Assembly (NCBI GenBank): GCA_964016885.1
Contig: OZ024744.1
Location: forward strand, 124,620,001 to 124,684,000
Direction: 5' to 3'
Origin: Eledone cirrhosa
Taxonomy: Eukaryota
Length of the DNA stretch: 64,000 nt
A program made the position numbers and the translations under genes. The first letter of the stretch is position 1; each line of letters starts with the position of its first letter. Under the pieces are notes generated by a model, which was not told where the DNA came from, did no database searches, and worked only from the letters and a program-made list of their open reading frames with translations. Shown here piece after piece: positions 22,730-38,187 of the stretch.

Positions 22730-25700
22730 CTTAACCCCATCTTAACGCAAACCCAAAGTTATCTTAATCTCAATTTAACTGAACCCCAACTTAAATTAAC
22801 CCCAACTTAACTTAACCCCAACTTAAGTTAACCCCAACTTAACTTAACCCCAACTTAACTCAACCCCAACTTAACTCAACCCCAACTTAACTTAACCCCA
22901 AGTTAACTTAACCTGAACTGAACTTAACACCAACTTAACTTAACCCCAACTTAAATTAACCCCAACTCTCCTTAACCCCAACTTAACTTAACCCCACTTA
23001 ACATAACCCCAACTTATATTAACCCTAACTTAACTTAACCCCAACTTAACTTAACCCCAACTTCAGTCAACCCCAACTTAACGTACACCCAACTTAACTT
23101 AACCCCAACTTAAGTTAACCCCAACTTAACTTAACCCCAAATTAACTCAACCCCAACTTAACTCAACCCCAACTTAACTTAACCCCAACTTATCTTAACC
23201 CCAACTTAATTTAACCCTAACTTAACTTAACCCCAACTGAACCCAACTTAACTTAACCCCAACTTAACTTACCCCCAACTTAACTTACCATCAACTTAAC
23301 TTACCCCCAACTTAACTTAACCCCAAATTAACTTAACCCCAACTTAACTTAACCCCATCTTAACTTACACCCAACTTAACTTACCCCCAACTTAACTTAC
23401 CCCCAACTTAACTTAACCCCAACTTAACTCAACTCCAACTTAACTTAACTCCAACTTAACTTAACCACAACTTAATTTAACCCCAACTTAACTTAACCCC
23501 AACTTAATTTAACCCCAACTTAATTTAACCCCAACTTAACTTAACCCCAACTTAATTTAACCCCAACTTAAATTAACCCCAACTTAACTTAACCCCAACT
23601 TAACTTAACCCCAACTTAACTTAACCCCAACTTAACTTAACCGCAACTTAACTTAACCCCAACTTCACTCAACCCCAACTTAACTTAACCCCAATTTAAA
23701 TTAACCCCAACTTAACTTAACCCCAAATTAACATAACCACCACTTAAATTAACCCCAACTTAACCCCAACTTAACTTAACCCCAACTTAACACCAACTTA
23801 ACTTAACCCCAACTTAAATTAACCCCAACTCTACTTAACCCCAACTTAACTTAACCCCAACTTCAGTCAACCCCAACTTAACTTACACCCAACTTAACTT
23901 AACCCCAACTTAATTGATCCCCAACTTAACTTAACCCCAACTTAATTTAAACCCAACTTAAGTTAACCCCAACTTAACTTAACCCCAAATTAACTCAACC
24001 CCAACTTAACTCAACCCCAACTTAACTTAACCCCAACTTATCTTAACCCCAACTTAACTTAACCCCAACTTAACTTAACTCCAACTTAACTTAACCCCAA
24101 CTTAACATAACCACCACTTAACTTAACCCCAACTTAACTCAACCCCAACTTAACTTAACCCTAACTTAACTTAACCCCAACTTAACCCAACTTAACTTAA
24201 CCCCAACTTAACCCAACTTAACTTAACCCCAACTTAACTTACCCCCAACTTAACTTACCACCAACTTAACTTACCCCCAACTTAACTTAACCCCAACTTA
24301 ACTTAACCCCAACTTAAAACAACCCCAACTTAAATTAACCCCAACTTAACTTAACCCCAACTTAACTTAACACCAACTTAACTTACCCCCAACTTAACTT
24401 ACCCCCAACTTAATTTAACCCCACCTTAATTTAACCCCAACTTAATTTAACCCCAACTTAACTTAAACCCAACTTAACTTAACCCCAACTTAACTTAACC
24501 CCAACTTAACTTAACCCCAACTTCACTCAACCCCAACTTAACTTAACCCCAACTTAACTTAACTCCAACTTAACTTAACCACAAAGTTAACTTAACCCCA
24601 ATTTAAATTAACCCCAACTTAACTTAACCCCAACTTAACATAACCACCACTCAACTTAACCCCAACTTAACCCCAACTTAACTTAACCCCAACTTAACAC
24701 CAACTTAACTTAACCCCAACTTAAATTAACCCCAACTCTACTTAACCCCAACTTAACTTAACCCCAACTTAACATAACCCCAACTTAAATTAACCCTAAC
24801 TTAACTTAACCCCAACTTAACTTAACCCCAACTTAACTTAAACCCAACTTAATTTAACCCCAACTTAACTTAACCCCAACTTAACTTAACCCCAACTCAA
24901 CTTATACCCAACTTAAGTTAGCCCCAACTTAACTTTACCCCAACTTAACTTAGCCCTAACTTGACTTAGTCCCAACAAAACTTAAACCCAACTTAACTTA
25001 ACCCCAACTTAACTTAACCCCACCTTAACTTAACACCAACTTAACTTGCCCCCAACTTAACTTACCCCCAACTTAACTTAACCCCACTTTAATTTAACCC
25101 CAACTTAATTTAACCCCAACTTAACTTAAACCCAACTTAACTTAACCCCAACTTAACTTAACCCCAACTTAACTTAACCCCAACTTAACTTAACCCCAAC
25201 TTAACTTAACCCCAACTTAAAATAACCTCAACTTAAATTAACCCCAACTTAACTCAACCCCAACTTAACTTAACCCCAACTTAACTGAACCCCAACTTAA
25301 CTTAACCCCAACTTCACTCAACCCCAACTTAACTTAACCCCAACTTAACTTAACTCCAACTTAACTTAACCACAAAGTTAACTTAACCCCAATTTAAATT
25401 ATCCCCAACTTAACTTAACCCCAACTTAACATAACCACCACTTAACTTAACCCCAACTTAACCCCAACTTAACTTAACCCCAACTTAACACCAACTTAAC
25501 TTAACCCCAACTTAAATTAACCCCAACTCTACTTAACCCCAACTTAACTTAACCCCAACTTCAGTCAACCCCAACTTAACGTACACCCAACTTAACTTAA
25601 TCCCAACTTAATTTAACCCCAACTTAACTTAACCCCAACTTAAATTAAACCCAAATTAAGTTAACCCCAACTTAACTTAACCCCAAATTAACTCAACCCC

Positions 25701-28038
25701 AACTTAACTCAACCCCAACTTAACTTAACCCCAACTTATCTTAACCCCAACTTAACTTACCCCCAACTTAACTTACCCCCAACTTAACTTAACCCCAACT
25801 TAACTTAACCCCAACTTAAATTAACCCCAACTTAACTTAACCCCAACTTAATTGAACCCCACCTTAACTTAACCCCAACTTATCTTAACCCCAACTTAAA
25901 TTAACCCCAACTTAATTTAACCCCAACTTAAATTAACCCCAACTTAACTTAACCCCAACTTAACTTAACCCCAACTTAACTTAACCCCAACTTAACTTAA
26001 CCCCAACTTAACTTAACCGCAACTTAACTTAACCCCAACTTAACTTAACCCCAACTTAACTTAAACCCAACTTAACATAACCCCAACTTAACTTAACCTC
26101 AACTTAAGTCAACCCCAACTTAACTTAACCCTAACTTAACCCCAAATTAACTTAACCCCAACTTAAATTAACCCCATCTTAACTTACCCCCAACTTAACT
26201 TACCACCAACTTACCTTACCCCCAACTTAACTTAACCCCAACTTAATTTAACCCCAACTTAACTTAACCCCAACTTAACTTAACCCCATCTTAACTTAAC
26301 CCCAACTTAACTTAAGCCCAACTTAAGTCAACCCCAACTTAACTCAACCCCAACTTAATTAAACCCCAACTTAACTTAAACCCAACTTAACTTAACCCCA
26401 ACTTAACTTATCCCCAACTTAACTTATCCCCAACTTAACCTAACCTAAACTTAACTTAACCCCAACTTAAATTAACCCCAACTTAACCCCAACTTAAATT
26501 AACCCCAACTTAACTTAACCCCAACTTAACTTAACCCCAACTTAACTTAACCCCAACTTAAAATAACCTCAACTTAAATTAACCCCAACTTAACTCAACC
26601 CCAACTTAACTTAACCCCGACTTAACTTAACTCCAACTTAACTTAACCCCAACTTAACTTAACCGCAACTTAACTCAAACCCAACTTAAGTTAACCCCAA
26701 CTTAACTTAACCCCAACTTCATTCAACCCCAACTTAACTTAACTCCAACTTAACTTAACTCCAACTTAACTTAACCACAAAGTTAACTTAACCCCAATTT
26801 AAATTAACCCCAACTTAACATAACCACCACTTAAATTAACCCCAACTCTACTTAACCCCAACTTAACTTAACCCCAACTTAACATAACCCCAACTTAAAT
26901 TAACCCTAACTTAACTTAAGCCCAACTTAACTTAACCCCAACTTCAGTCAACCCCAACTTAACGTACACCCAACTTAACTCAGCCCCAACTTAACTTAGC
27001 CCCAACTTGAAGTAACCCCAACTTAACTCAACCCCAACTTAACTTAACCCCAACTTAACTTAACCCCAACTTAACTCAACCCCAATTTAACTCAACCCCA
27101 ACTTAACTCAACCCCAACTTAACTTAACCCCAACTTAACTTAACCCTAACTTAACTTAACACCGACTTAACATAACCCCGACTTATCTTAACCCCAACTT
27201 AACTTAAACCCAACTTAACTTAACCCCAACTTAGCTTATCCCCAACTTAACTTATCCCCAACTTAACCTAACCCCAACTTAACTTAACCCCAACTTAATT
27301 TAACCCCAACTTAATTTAACCCCAACTTAACTTAAACCCAACTTAACTTAACCCCGACTTAAATTAACCCCAACTGAACTTAACCCCAACTTAAATTAAC
27401 CCCAACTTAACTTAACCCCAACTTAACTTAACCCCAACTTAAATTAACGCCAACTTAACATAACCTCAACTTAAATTAACCCCGACTTAACTTAACCCCA
27501 ACTTAACTTAACCCCAACTTAACTTAACCGCAACTTAACTGAAACCCAACTTAAGTTAACCCCAACTTAACTTAACCCCAACTTCCCTCAACCCCAACTT
27601 AACTTAACCCCAACGTAAGTTAACCCCAACTTAACTTAACCACAAAGTTAACTTAACCCCAATTTAAATTAACCCCAACTTAAGTTAACCCCAACTTAAC
27701 ATAACCACCACTTAACTTAACCCCAACTTAACCCCAACTTAACTTAACCCCAACTTAACACCAACTTAACTTAACCCCAACTTAACTTAACCCCAACTCT
27801 ACTTAACCCCAACTTAACTTAACCCCAACTTCACTCAACCCCAACTTAACTTACACCCAACTTAACTTAACCCCAACTTAATTTAACCCCAACTTAACTT
27901 AACCCCAACTTAACATAACCACCACTTAACTTAACCCCAACTTAACTTAACCCCAACTTAACTTACCCCCAACTTAACTTACCCCCAACTTAACTTAACC
28001 CCAACTTAACTTAACCCCAACTTAACGTAACTCCGATT

Positions 28039-28334
28039 TTGGGGTTAAGTTAAGTTGGGGGTAAGTTAAGTTGGGTGTGAGTTAAGTTGGGGTTAAGTCA
28101 AGTTGGGATTAAGTTAAGTTGGGGTTAAGTTAAGTTGGGGTTAAGTTAAGTTGGGGTTAAGTTAAGTCGGGGTTAAGTTAAGTCGGGGTTAAGTTAAGTT
28201 AGGGTTAAGTTAAGTTGGGGTTAACTTAAGTTGGGGTTGAGTTAAGTTGGGGTTGAGTGAAGTTGGGGTTAAGTTAAGTTGGGGTTGAGTGAAGTTGGGG
28301 CTAAGTTAAGTTGGGGTTAAGTTAAGTTGGGGTT
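28039..28334 (-). repeat. Inverted island 8 (type B)
   Basis: AACGTAACTCCGATTTTGGGG entry. Exit at 28334/28335. Confidence 0.95.
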
Positions 28335-30530
28335 AACCCCAACTTAACCTAACCCCAACTTAACTTAACCTCAACTTAATTTAACCCCAGCTTAACTTAT
28401 CTCCAACTTAATTTAACCCCAACTTAACTTAACCCCAACTTAACTTAAACCCAACTTAACTTAACCCCAACTTAGCTTATCCCCAACTTAACTTATCCCC
28501 AACTTAACCTAACCCCAACTTAACTTAACCCCAACTAAACTTAACCCCAACTTGACTTATCCCCAACTTAACTGAACCCCAACTTAACTTAACCCCAACT
28601 TAAATTAACCCCAACTTAACTTAAACTAAACTTAACTAACCCCAACTTAACTTAACCCCCAACTTAACTTAACCCCAACTTAACTTAACCACAACTTAAC
28701 TTAAACCCAACTTAACTTAACCCCAACTTAACTTATCCCCAACTTAACTAATCCCCAACTTAACCTAACCCAAACTTAACTTAACCCCAACTTAACTTAA
28801 CCCCAACTTAATTTAACCCCAACTTAACTTAACCCCAGCTTAACTTAAGCCCAACTTAACTTAACCCCAACTTAAATTATCCCCAACTTAACTTATCCCC
28901 AACTTAACCTAACCCAAACTTAACTTAACCCCAACTTAACTTAACCCCAACTTAATTTAACCCCAACTTAACCTAACCCAAACTTAACCTAACCCCAACT
29001 TAACTTAACCCCAACTTAATTTAACCCCAACTTAACTTAACCCCAGCTTAACTTAACCCCAACTTAACTTAACCCTAACTTAACTTAACACCGACTTAAC
29101 TTAACCCCGACTTAACGTAACCCCAACTTAACTTAACCCCAACTTAACTTAACCCCAACTTAACTTAACCCCAACTTAACTTAACCCCAACTTAATTTAA
29201 CCCCAAATTAACCCAAACTTAACTTAACCCCAACTTAACTGAACCACAACTTAACTTAACCCAAAATTAACTTAACCCCAACTTAACTTAACCCCAACTT
29301 AACTTAATCCCAACTTAACTCAGCCCCAACTTAACTTAGCCCAACTTAAATTAACCCCAACTTAATTTAACCCCAACTCAACTTAACCCCAACTTAAGTT
29401 GACCCCAACTTAAATTAAACCCAACTTAACTTAACCCCAACTTAACTTAACCACAACTTAACTTAACCTCAACTTAACCCCAACTTAACTTAACCCCAAC
29501 TTAACTTAACCCCAACTTAAATTAACCCCAACTTAACATAACCTCAACTTAAATTAACCCCAACTTAACTCAACCTCAACTTAACTTAACCCCGACTTAA
29601 CTTAACCCCAACTTAACTTAACCCCAACTTAACACCAACTTAACTTAACCCCAACTTAACTTAATCCCAACTCTACTTAACCCCAACTTAACTTAACCCC
29701 AACTTAACATAACCCCAACTTAAATTAACCCTAACTTAACTTAACCCCAACTTAACTTAACCCCAACTTCACTCAACCCCAACTTAACTTACACCCAACT
29801 TAACTTAACCCCAACTTAATTTAACCCCAACTTAACTTAACCCCAACTTAACATAACCACCACTTAATTTACCCCAACTTAACTTAACCCCAACTTAAGT
29901 TAAGCCTAACTTAACTTAACCCCAACTTAACTTAACCCCAACTTAACATAACCACCACTTAATTTACCCCAACTTAACTTAACCCCAACTTAAGTTAAGC
30001 CTAACTTAACTTAAACCCAACTTAACATAACCCCAACTTAACTTAACCTCAACTTAAGTCAACCCCAACTTAACTTAACCCTAACTTAACCCCAAATTAA
30101 CTTAACCCCAACTTAACTTAACCCCATCTTAACTTACCCCCAACTTAACTTACCACCAACTTACCTTACCCCCAACTTAACTTAACCCCAACTTAATTTA
30201 ACCCCAACTTAACTTAACCTCAACTTAACTTAACCCCATCTTAACTTAACCCCAACTTAACTTAAGCCCAACTTAAGTCAACCCCAACTTAACTCAACCC
30301 CAACTTAATTAAACCCCAACTTAACTTAAACCCAACTTAACTTAACCCCAACTTAACTTAACCGCAACTTAACTCAAACCCAACTTAAGTTAACCCCAAC
30401 TTAACTTAACCCCAACTTCATTCAACCCCAACTTAACTTAACTCCAACTTAACTTAACTCCAACTTAACTTAACCACAAAGTTAACTTAACCCCAATTTA
30501 ACTTAACCCCAACTTAACTTAACTCCGACT

Positions 30531-30873
30531 TTGGGGTTAAGTTAAGTTGGGGTTAAGTTAAGTTGGGGTTAAGTCAAGTTGGGGTTAAGTTAAGTTGGGG
30601 GTAAGTTAAGTTGGGTGTGAGTTAAGTTGGGGTTAAGTCAAGTTGGGGTTAAGTTAAGTTGGGGTTAATTTAAGTTGGGATTAAGTTAAGTTGGGGTTAA
30701 GTTAAGTCGGGGTTAAGTTAAGTCGGGGTTAAGTTAAGTTAGGGTTAAGTTAAGTTGGGGTTCAGTTAAGTTGGGGTTGAGTTAATTGGGGTTGAGTGAA
30801 GTTGTGGTTAAGTTAAGTTGGGGTTGAGTGAAGTTGGGGTTAAGTTAAGTTGGGGTTAAGTTAAGTTGGGGTT
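30531..30873 (-). repeat. Inverted island 9 (type A)
   Basis: AACTCCGACTTTGGGG entry. Private variants GGGGTTCAG and GAGTTAATTGGGG. Exit at 30873/30874. Confidence 0.95.
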
Positions 30874-33800
30874 AACCCCAACTTAACCTAACCCCAACTT
30901 AAATTAACCCCAACTTAACTTAACCCCAACTTAATTTAACCCCAACTTAACTTAACCCCAACTTATCTTAACCCCAACTTAAATTAACCCCAACTTAATT
31001 TAACCCCAACTTAAATTAACCCCAACTTAACTTAACCCCAACTTAACTTAACCCCAACTTAACTTAACCCCAACTTAACTTAACCCCAACTTAACTTAAC
31101 CGCAACTTAACTTAACCCCAACTTAACTTAACCCCAACTTAACTTAAACCCAACTTAACATAACCCCAACTTAACTTAACCTCAACTTAAGTCAACCCCA
31201 ACTTAACTTAACCCTAACTTAACCCCAAATTAACTTAACCCCAACTTAACTTAACCCCATCTTAACTTACCCCCAACTTAACTTACCACCAACTTACCTT
31301 ACCCCCAACTTAACTTAACCCCAACTTAATTTAACCCCAACTTAACTTAACCCCAACTTAACTTAACCCCATCTTAACTTAACCCCAACTTAACTTAAGC
31401 CCAACTTAAGTCAACCCCAACTTAACTCAACCCCAACTTAATTAAACCCAAACTTAACTTAAACCCAACTTAAATTAACCCCAACTTAACTTATCCCCAA
31501 CTTAACTTATCCCCAACTTAACCTAACCCCAACTTAACTTAACCCCAACTTAACTTAACCCCAACTTAATTTAACCCCAACTTAACTTAACCTAAACTTA
31601 ACTTAACCCCAACTTAACTTAACCCCAACTTAACTTAACCCCAACTTAAAATAACCTCAACTTACATTAACCCCAACTTAACTCAACCCCAACTTAACTT
31701 AACCCCGACTTAACTTAACCCCAACTTAACTTAACCCCAACTTAACTTAACCGCAACTTAACTCAAACCCAACTTAAGTTAACCCCAACTTAACTTAACC
31801 CCAACTTCATTCAACCCCAACTTAACTTAACTCCAACTTAACTTAACTCCAACTTAACTTAACCACAAAGTTAACTTAACCCCTATTTAAATTAACCCCA
31901 ACTTAACTTAACCCCAACTTAACATAACCACCACTTAAATTAACCCCAACTTAACACCAACTTAACTTAACCCCAACTTAAATAAACCCCAACTCTACTT
32001 AACCCCAACTTAACTTAACCCCAACTTAACATAACCCCAACTTAAATTAACCCTAACTTAACTTAAGCCCAACTTAACTTAACCCCAACTTCAGTCAACC
32101 CCAACTTAACGTACACCCAACTTAACTCAGCCCCAACTTAACTTAGCCTCAACTTGAAGTAACCCCAACTTAACTCAACCCCAACTTTACTTAACCCCAA
32201 CTTAACTTAACCCCAACTTAACTCAACCCCAATTTAACTCAACCCCAACTTAACTCAACCCTAACTTAACTTAACACCGAATTAAGATAACCCCGACTTA
32301 TCTTAACCCCAACTTAACTTAAACCCAACTTAACTTAACCCCAACTTAGCTTATCCCCAACTTAACTTATCCCCAACTTAACCTAACCCCAACTTAACTT
32401 AACCCCAACTTAAGTTAACCCCAACTTAATTTAACCCCAACTTAACTTAAACCCAACTTAACTTAACCCCAACTTAAATTAACCCCAACTGAACTTAACC
32501 CCAACTTAAATTAACCCCAACTTAACTTAACCCCAACTTAACTTAACCCCAACTTAAATTAACCCCAACTTAACATAACCTCAACTTAAATTAACCCCAA
32601 CTTAACTCAACCCCAACTTAACTTAACCGCAACTTAACTGAAACCCAACTTAAGTTAACCCCAACTTAACATAACCACCACTTAACTTAACCCCAACTTA
32701 ACCCCAACTTAACTTAACCCCAACTTAACACCAACTTAATTTAACCCCAACTTAACTTAAACCCAACTTAACATAACCCCAACTTAACTTAACCTCAACT
32801 TAAGTCAACCCCAACTTAACTTAACCCTAACTTAACCCCAAATTAACTTAACCCCAACTTAACTTAACCCCATCTTAACTTACCCCCAACTTAACTTACC
32901 ACCAACTTACCTTACCCCCAACTTAACTTAACCCCAACTTAATTTAACCCCAACTTAACTTAACCCCAACGTAACTTAACCCCATCTTAACTTAACCCCA
33001 ACTTAACTTAAGCCCAACTTAAGTCAACCCCAACTTAACTCAACCCCAACTTAATTAAACCCCAACTTAACTTAAACCCAACTTAACTTAACCCCAACTT
33101 AACTTATCCCCAACTTAACTTATCCCCAACTTAACCTAACCTAAACTTAACTTAACCCCAACTTAAATTAACCCCAACTTAACTTAACCCCAACTTAAAT
33201 TAACCCCAACTTAACTTAACCCCAACTTAACTTAACCCCAACTTAACTTAACCCCAACTTAAAATAACCTCAACTTAAATTAACCCCAACTTAACTCAAC
33301 CCCAACTTAACTTAACCCCGACTTAACTTAACCCCAACTTAACTTAACCCCAACTTAACTTAACCGCAACTTAACTCAAACCCAACTTAAGTTAACCCCA
33401 ACTTAACTTAACCCCAACTTCACTCAACCCCAAATTAACTTAACTCCAACTTAACTTAACTCCAACTTAACTTAACCACAAAGTTAACTTAACCCCAATT
33501 TAAATTAACCCCAACTTAACTTAACCCCAACTTAACATAACCACCACTTAAATTAACCCCAACTCTACTTAACCCCAACTTAACTTAACCCCAACTTAAC
33601 ATAACCCCAACTTAAATTAACCCTAACTTAACTTAAGCCCAACTTAACTTAACCCCAACTTCAGTCAACCCCAACTTAGCGTACACCCAACGTAACTCAG
33701 CCCCAACTTAACTTAGCCCCAACTTGAAGTAACCCCAACTAAACTCAACCCCAACTTAACTTAACCCCAACTTAACTTAACCCCAACTTAACTCAACCCC

Positions 33801-34755
33801 AATTTAACTCAACCCCAACTTAACTCAACCCCAACTTAACTTAACCCCAACTTAACTTAACCCTAACTTAGCTTATCCCCAACTGAACTTATCTCCAACT
33901 TAACCTAACCCCAACTTATCTTAACCCCAACTTAACTTAAACCCAACTTAACTTAACCCCAACTTAGCTTATCCCCAACTGAACTTATCCCCAACTTAAC
34001 CTAACCCCAACTTAACTTAACCCCAACTTAATTTAACCCCAACTTAATTTAACCCCAACTTAACTTAAACCCAACTTAACTTAACCCCAACTTAAATTAA
34101 CCCCAACTGAACTTAACCCCAACTTAAATTAACCCCAACTTAACTTAACCCCAACTTAACTTAACCCCAACTTAAATTAACCCCAACTTAACATAACCTC
34201 AACTTCAATTAACCCCAACTTAACTCAACCCCAACTTAACTTAACCCCGACTTAACTTAACCCCAACTTAACTTAACCCCAACTTAACTTAACCGCAACT
34301 TAACTGAAACCCAACTTAAGTTAACCCCAACTTAATTTAACCCCAACTTCCCTCAACCCCAACTTAACTTAACCCCAACGTAAGTTAACCCCAACTTAAC
34401 TTAACCACAAAGTTAACTTAACCCCAATTTAAATTAACCACCACTTAACTTAACCCCAACTTAACCCCAACTTAACTTAACCCCAACTTAACACCAACTT
34501 AACTTAACCCCAACTTAACTTAACCCCAACTCTACTTAACCCCAACTTAACTTAACCCCAACTTCACTCAACCCCAACTTAACTTACACCCAACTTAACT
34601 TAACCCCAACTTAATTTAACCACCACTTAACTTAACCCCAACTTAAATTAACCCCAACTTAACTTACCCCCAACTTAACTTACCCCCAACTTAACTTAAG
34701 CCCAACTTAAGTTAAGCCTAACTTAACTTAACCCCAACTTAACGTAACTCCGATT

Positions 34756-35051
34756 TTGGGGTTAAGTTAAGTTGGGGGTAAGTTAAGTTGGGTGTGAGTT
34801 AAGTTGGGGTTAAGTCAAGTTGGGATTAAGTTAAGTTGGGGTTAAGTTAAGTTGGGGTTAAGTTAAGTTGGGGTTAAGTTAAGTCGGGGTTAAGTTAAGT
34901 CGGGGTTAAGTTAAGTTAGGGTTAAGTTAAGTTGGGGTTAACTTAAGTTGGGGTTGAGTTAAGTTGGGGTTGAGTGAAGTTGGGGTTAAGTTAAGTTGGG
35001 GTTGAGTGAAGTTGGGGCTAAGTTAAGTTGGGGTTAAGTTAAGTTGGGGTT
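34756..35051 (-). repeat. Inverted island 10 (type B)
   Basis: Type B entry. Exit at 35051/35052. Confidence 0.95.
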
Positions 35052-37891
35052 AACCCCAACTTAACCTAACCCCAACTTAACTTAACCCCAACTTAATTTA
35101 ACCCCAGCTTAACTTATCTCCAACTTAATTTAACCCCAACTTAACTTAACCCCAACTTAACTTAAACCCAACTTAACTTAACCCCAACTTAGCTTATCCC
35201 CAACTTAACTTATCCCCAACTTAACCTAACCCCAACTTGACTTATCCCCAACTTAACTGAACCCCAACTTAACTTAACCCCAACTTAAATTAACCCCAAC
35301 TTAACTTAAACTAAACTTAACTAACCCCAACTTAACTTAACCCCCAACTTAACTTAACCCCAACTTAACTTAACCACAACTTAACTTAAACCCAACTTAA
35401 CTTAACCCCAACTTAACTTATCCCCAACTTAACTAATCCCCAACTTAACCTAACCCAAACTTAACTTAACCCCAACTTAACTTAACCCCAACTTAATTTA
35501 ACCCCAACTTAACTTAACCCCAGCTTAACTTAAACCCAACTTAACTTAACCCCAACTTAAATTATCCCCAACTTAACTTATCCCCAACTTAACCTAACCC
35601 CAACTTAACTTAACCCCAACTTAACTTAACCCCAACTTAATTTAACCCCAACTTAACCTAACCCAAACTTAACCTAACCCCAACTTAACTTAACCCCAAC
35701 TTAATTTAACCCCAACTTAACTTAACCCCAGCTTAACTTAAAGCCAACTTAACTTAACCCCAACTTAACTTAACCCTAACTTAACTTAACACCGACTTAA
35801 CTTAACCCCGACTTAACTTAACCCCAACTTAACTTAACCCCAACTCAACTTAACCCCAACTTAACTTAACCCCAACTTAATTTAACCCCAAATTAACCCA
35901 AACTTAACTTAACCCCAACTTAACTGAACCACAACTTAACTTAACCCAAAATTAACTTAACCCCAACTTAACTTAACCCCAACTTAACTTAATCCCAACT
36001 TAACTCAGCCCCAACTTAACTTAGCCCCAACTTAAATTAACCCCAACTTAATTTAACCCCAACTCAACTTAACCCCAACTTAAGTTGACCCCAACTTAAA
36101 TTAAACCCAACTTAACTTAACCCCAACTTAACTTAACCCCAACTTAACTTAGCCCCAACTTAACTTAGCCCCAACTTAACTTAGCCCCAACTTAACTTAA
36201 CCACAACTTAACTTAACCTCAACTTAACCCCAACTTAACTTAACCCCAACTTAACTTAACCCCAACTTAAATTAACCCCAACTTAACATAACCTCAACTT
36301 AAATTAACCCCAACTTAACTCAACCTCAACTTAACTTAACCCCAACTTAACTTAACCCCAACTTAACTTAACCCCAACTTAAAATAACCTCAACTTAAAT
36401 TAACCCCAACTTAACTCAACCCCAACTTAACTTAACCCCGACTTAACTTAACCCCAACTTAACTTAACCCCAACTTAACTTAACCGCAACTTAACTCAAA
36501 CCCAACTTAAGTTAACCCCAACTTAACTTAACCCCAACTTCACTCAACGCCAACTTAACTTAACTCCAACTTAACTTAACTCCAACTTAACTTAACCACA
36601 AAGTTAACTTAACCCCAATTTAAATTAACCCCAACTTAACATAACCACCACTTAAATTAACCCCAACTCTATTTAACCCCAACTTAACTTAACCCCAACT
36701 TAACATAACCCCAACTTAAATTAACCCTAACTTAACTTAAGCCCAACTTAACTTAACCCCAACTTCAGTCAACCCCAACTTAACGTACACCCAACTTAAC
36801 TCAGCCCCAACTTAACTTAGCCCCAACTTGAAGTAACCCCAACTTAACTCAACCCCAACTTAACTTAACCCCAACTTAACTTAACCCCAACTTAACTCAA
36901 CCCCAATTTAACTCAACCCCAACTTAACTCAACCCCAACTTAACTTAACCCCAACTTAACTTAACCCTAACTTAACTTAACACCGACTTAACATAACCCC
37001 GACTTATCTTAACCCCAACTTAACTTAAACCCAACTTAACTTAACCCCAACTTAGCTTATCCCCAACTTAACTTATCCCCAACTTAACCTAACCCCAACT
37101 TAACTTAACCCCAACTTAATTTAACCCCAACTTAATTTAACCCCAACTTAACTTAAACCCAACTTAACTTAACCCCAACTTAAATTAACCCCAACTGAAC
37201 TTAACCCCAACTTAAATTAACCCCAACTTAACTTAACCCCAACTTAACTTAACCCCAACTTAAATTAACCCCAACTTAACATAACCTCAACTTAAATTAA
37301 CCCCAACTTAACTCAACCCCAACTTAACTTAACCCCGACTTAACTTAACCCCAACTTAACTTAACCCCAACTTAACTTAACCGCAACTTAACTGAAACCC
37401 AACTTAAGTTAACCCCAACTTAACTTAACCCCAACTTCCCTCAACCCCAACTTAACTTAACCCCAACGTAAGTTAACCCCAACTTAACTTAACCACAAAG
37501 TTAACTTAACCCCAATTTAAATTAACCTCAACTTAAGTTAACCCCAACTTAACATAACCACCACTTAACTTAACCCCAACTTAACCCCAACTTAACTTAA
37601 CCCCAACTTAACACCAACTTAACTTAACCCCAACTTAAATTAACCCCAACTCTAATTAACCCCAACTTAACTTAACCCCAACTTCACTCAACCCCAACTT
37701 AACTTACACCCAACTTAACTTAACCCCAACTTAATTTAACCCCAACTTAAATTAACCCCAACTTAACATAACCACCACTTAACTTAACCCCAACTTAACT
37801 TAACCCCAACTTAACTTACCCCCAACTTAACTTACCCCCAACTTAACTTAACCCCAACTTAACTTAACCCCAACTTAACGTAACTCCGATT

Positions 37892-38187
37892 TTGGGGTTA
37901 AGTTAAGTTGGGGGTAAGTTAAGTTGGGTGTGAGTTAAGTTGGGGTTAAGTCAAGTTGGGATTAAGTTAAGTTGGGGTTAAGTTAAGTTGGGGTTAAGTT
38001 AAGTCGGGGTTAAGTTAAGTCGGGGTTAAGTTAATTCGGGGTTAATTTAAGTTAGGGTTAAGTTAAGTTGGGGTTAACTTAAGTTGGGGTTGAGTTAAGT
38101 TGGGGTTGAGTGAAGTTGGGGTTAAGTTAAGTTGGGGTTGAGTGAAGTTGGGGCTAAGTTAAGTTGGGGTTAAGTTAAGTTGGGGTT
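37892..38187 (-). repeat. Inverted island 11 (type B', TTAATTCGGGGTTAATTT variant)
   Basis: Type B entry. Exit at 38187/38188. Confidence 0.95.

Larger units (their letters stand above)
12680..24781 (+). repeat. Tandem duplication, unit 6051 bp (~12680-18730 and ~18731-24781)
   Basis: Junctions, AT islands, the ORF pair and private variants (AACTAAACCCC at ~12685 and ~18736) all recur at +6051. Similarity breaks near 24789. Confidence 0.9.
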
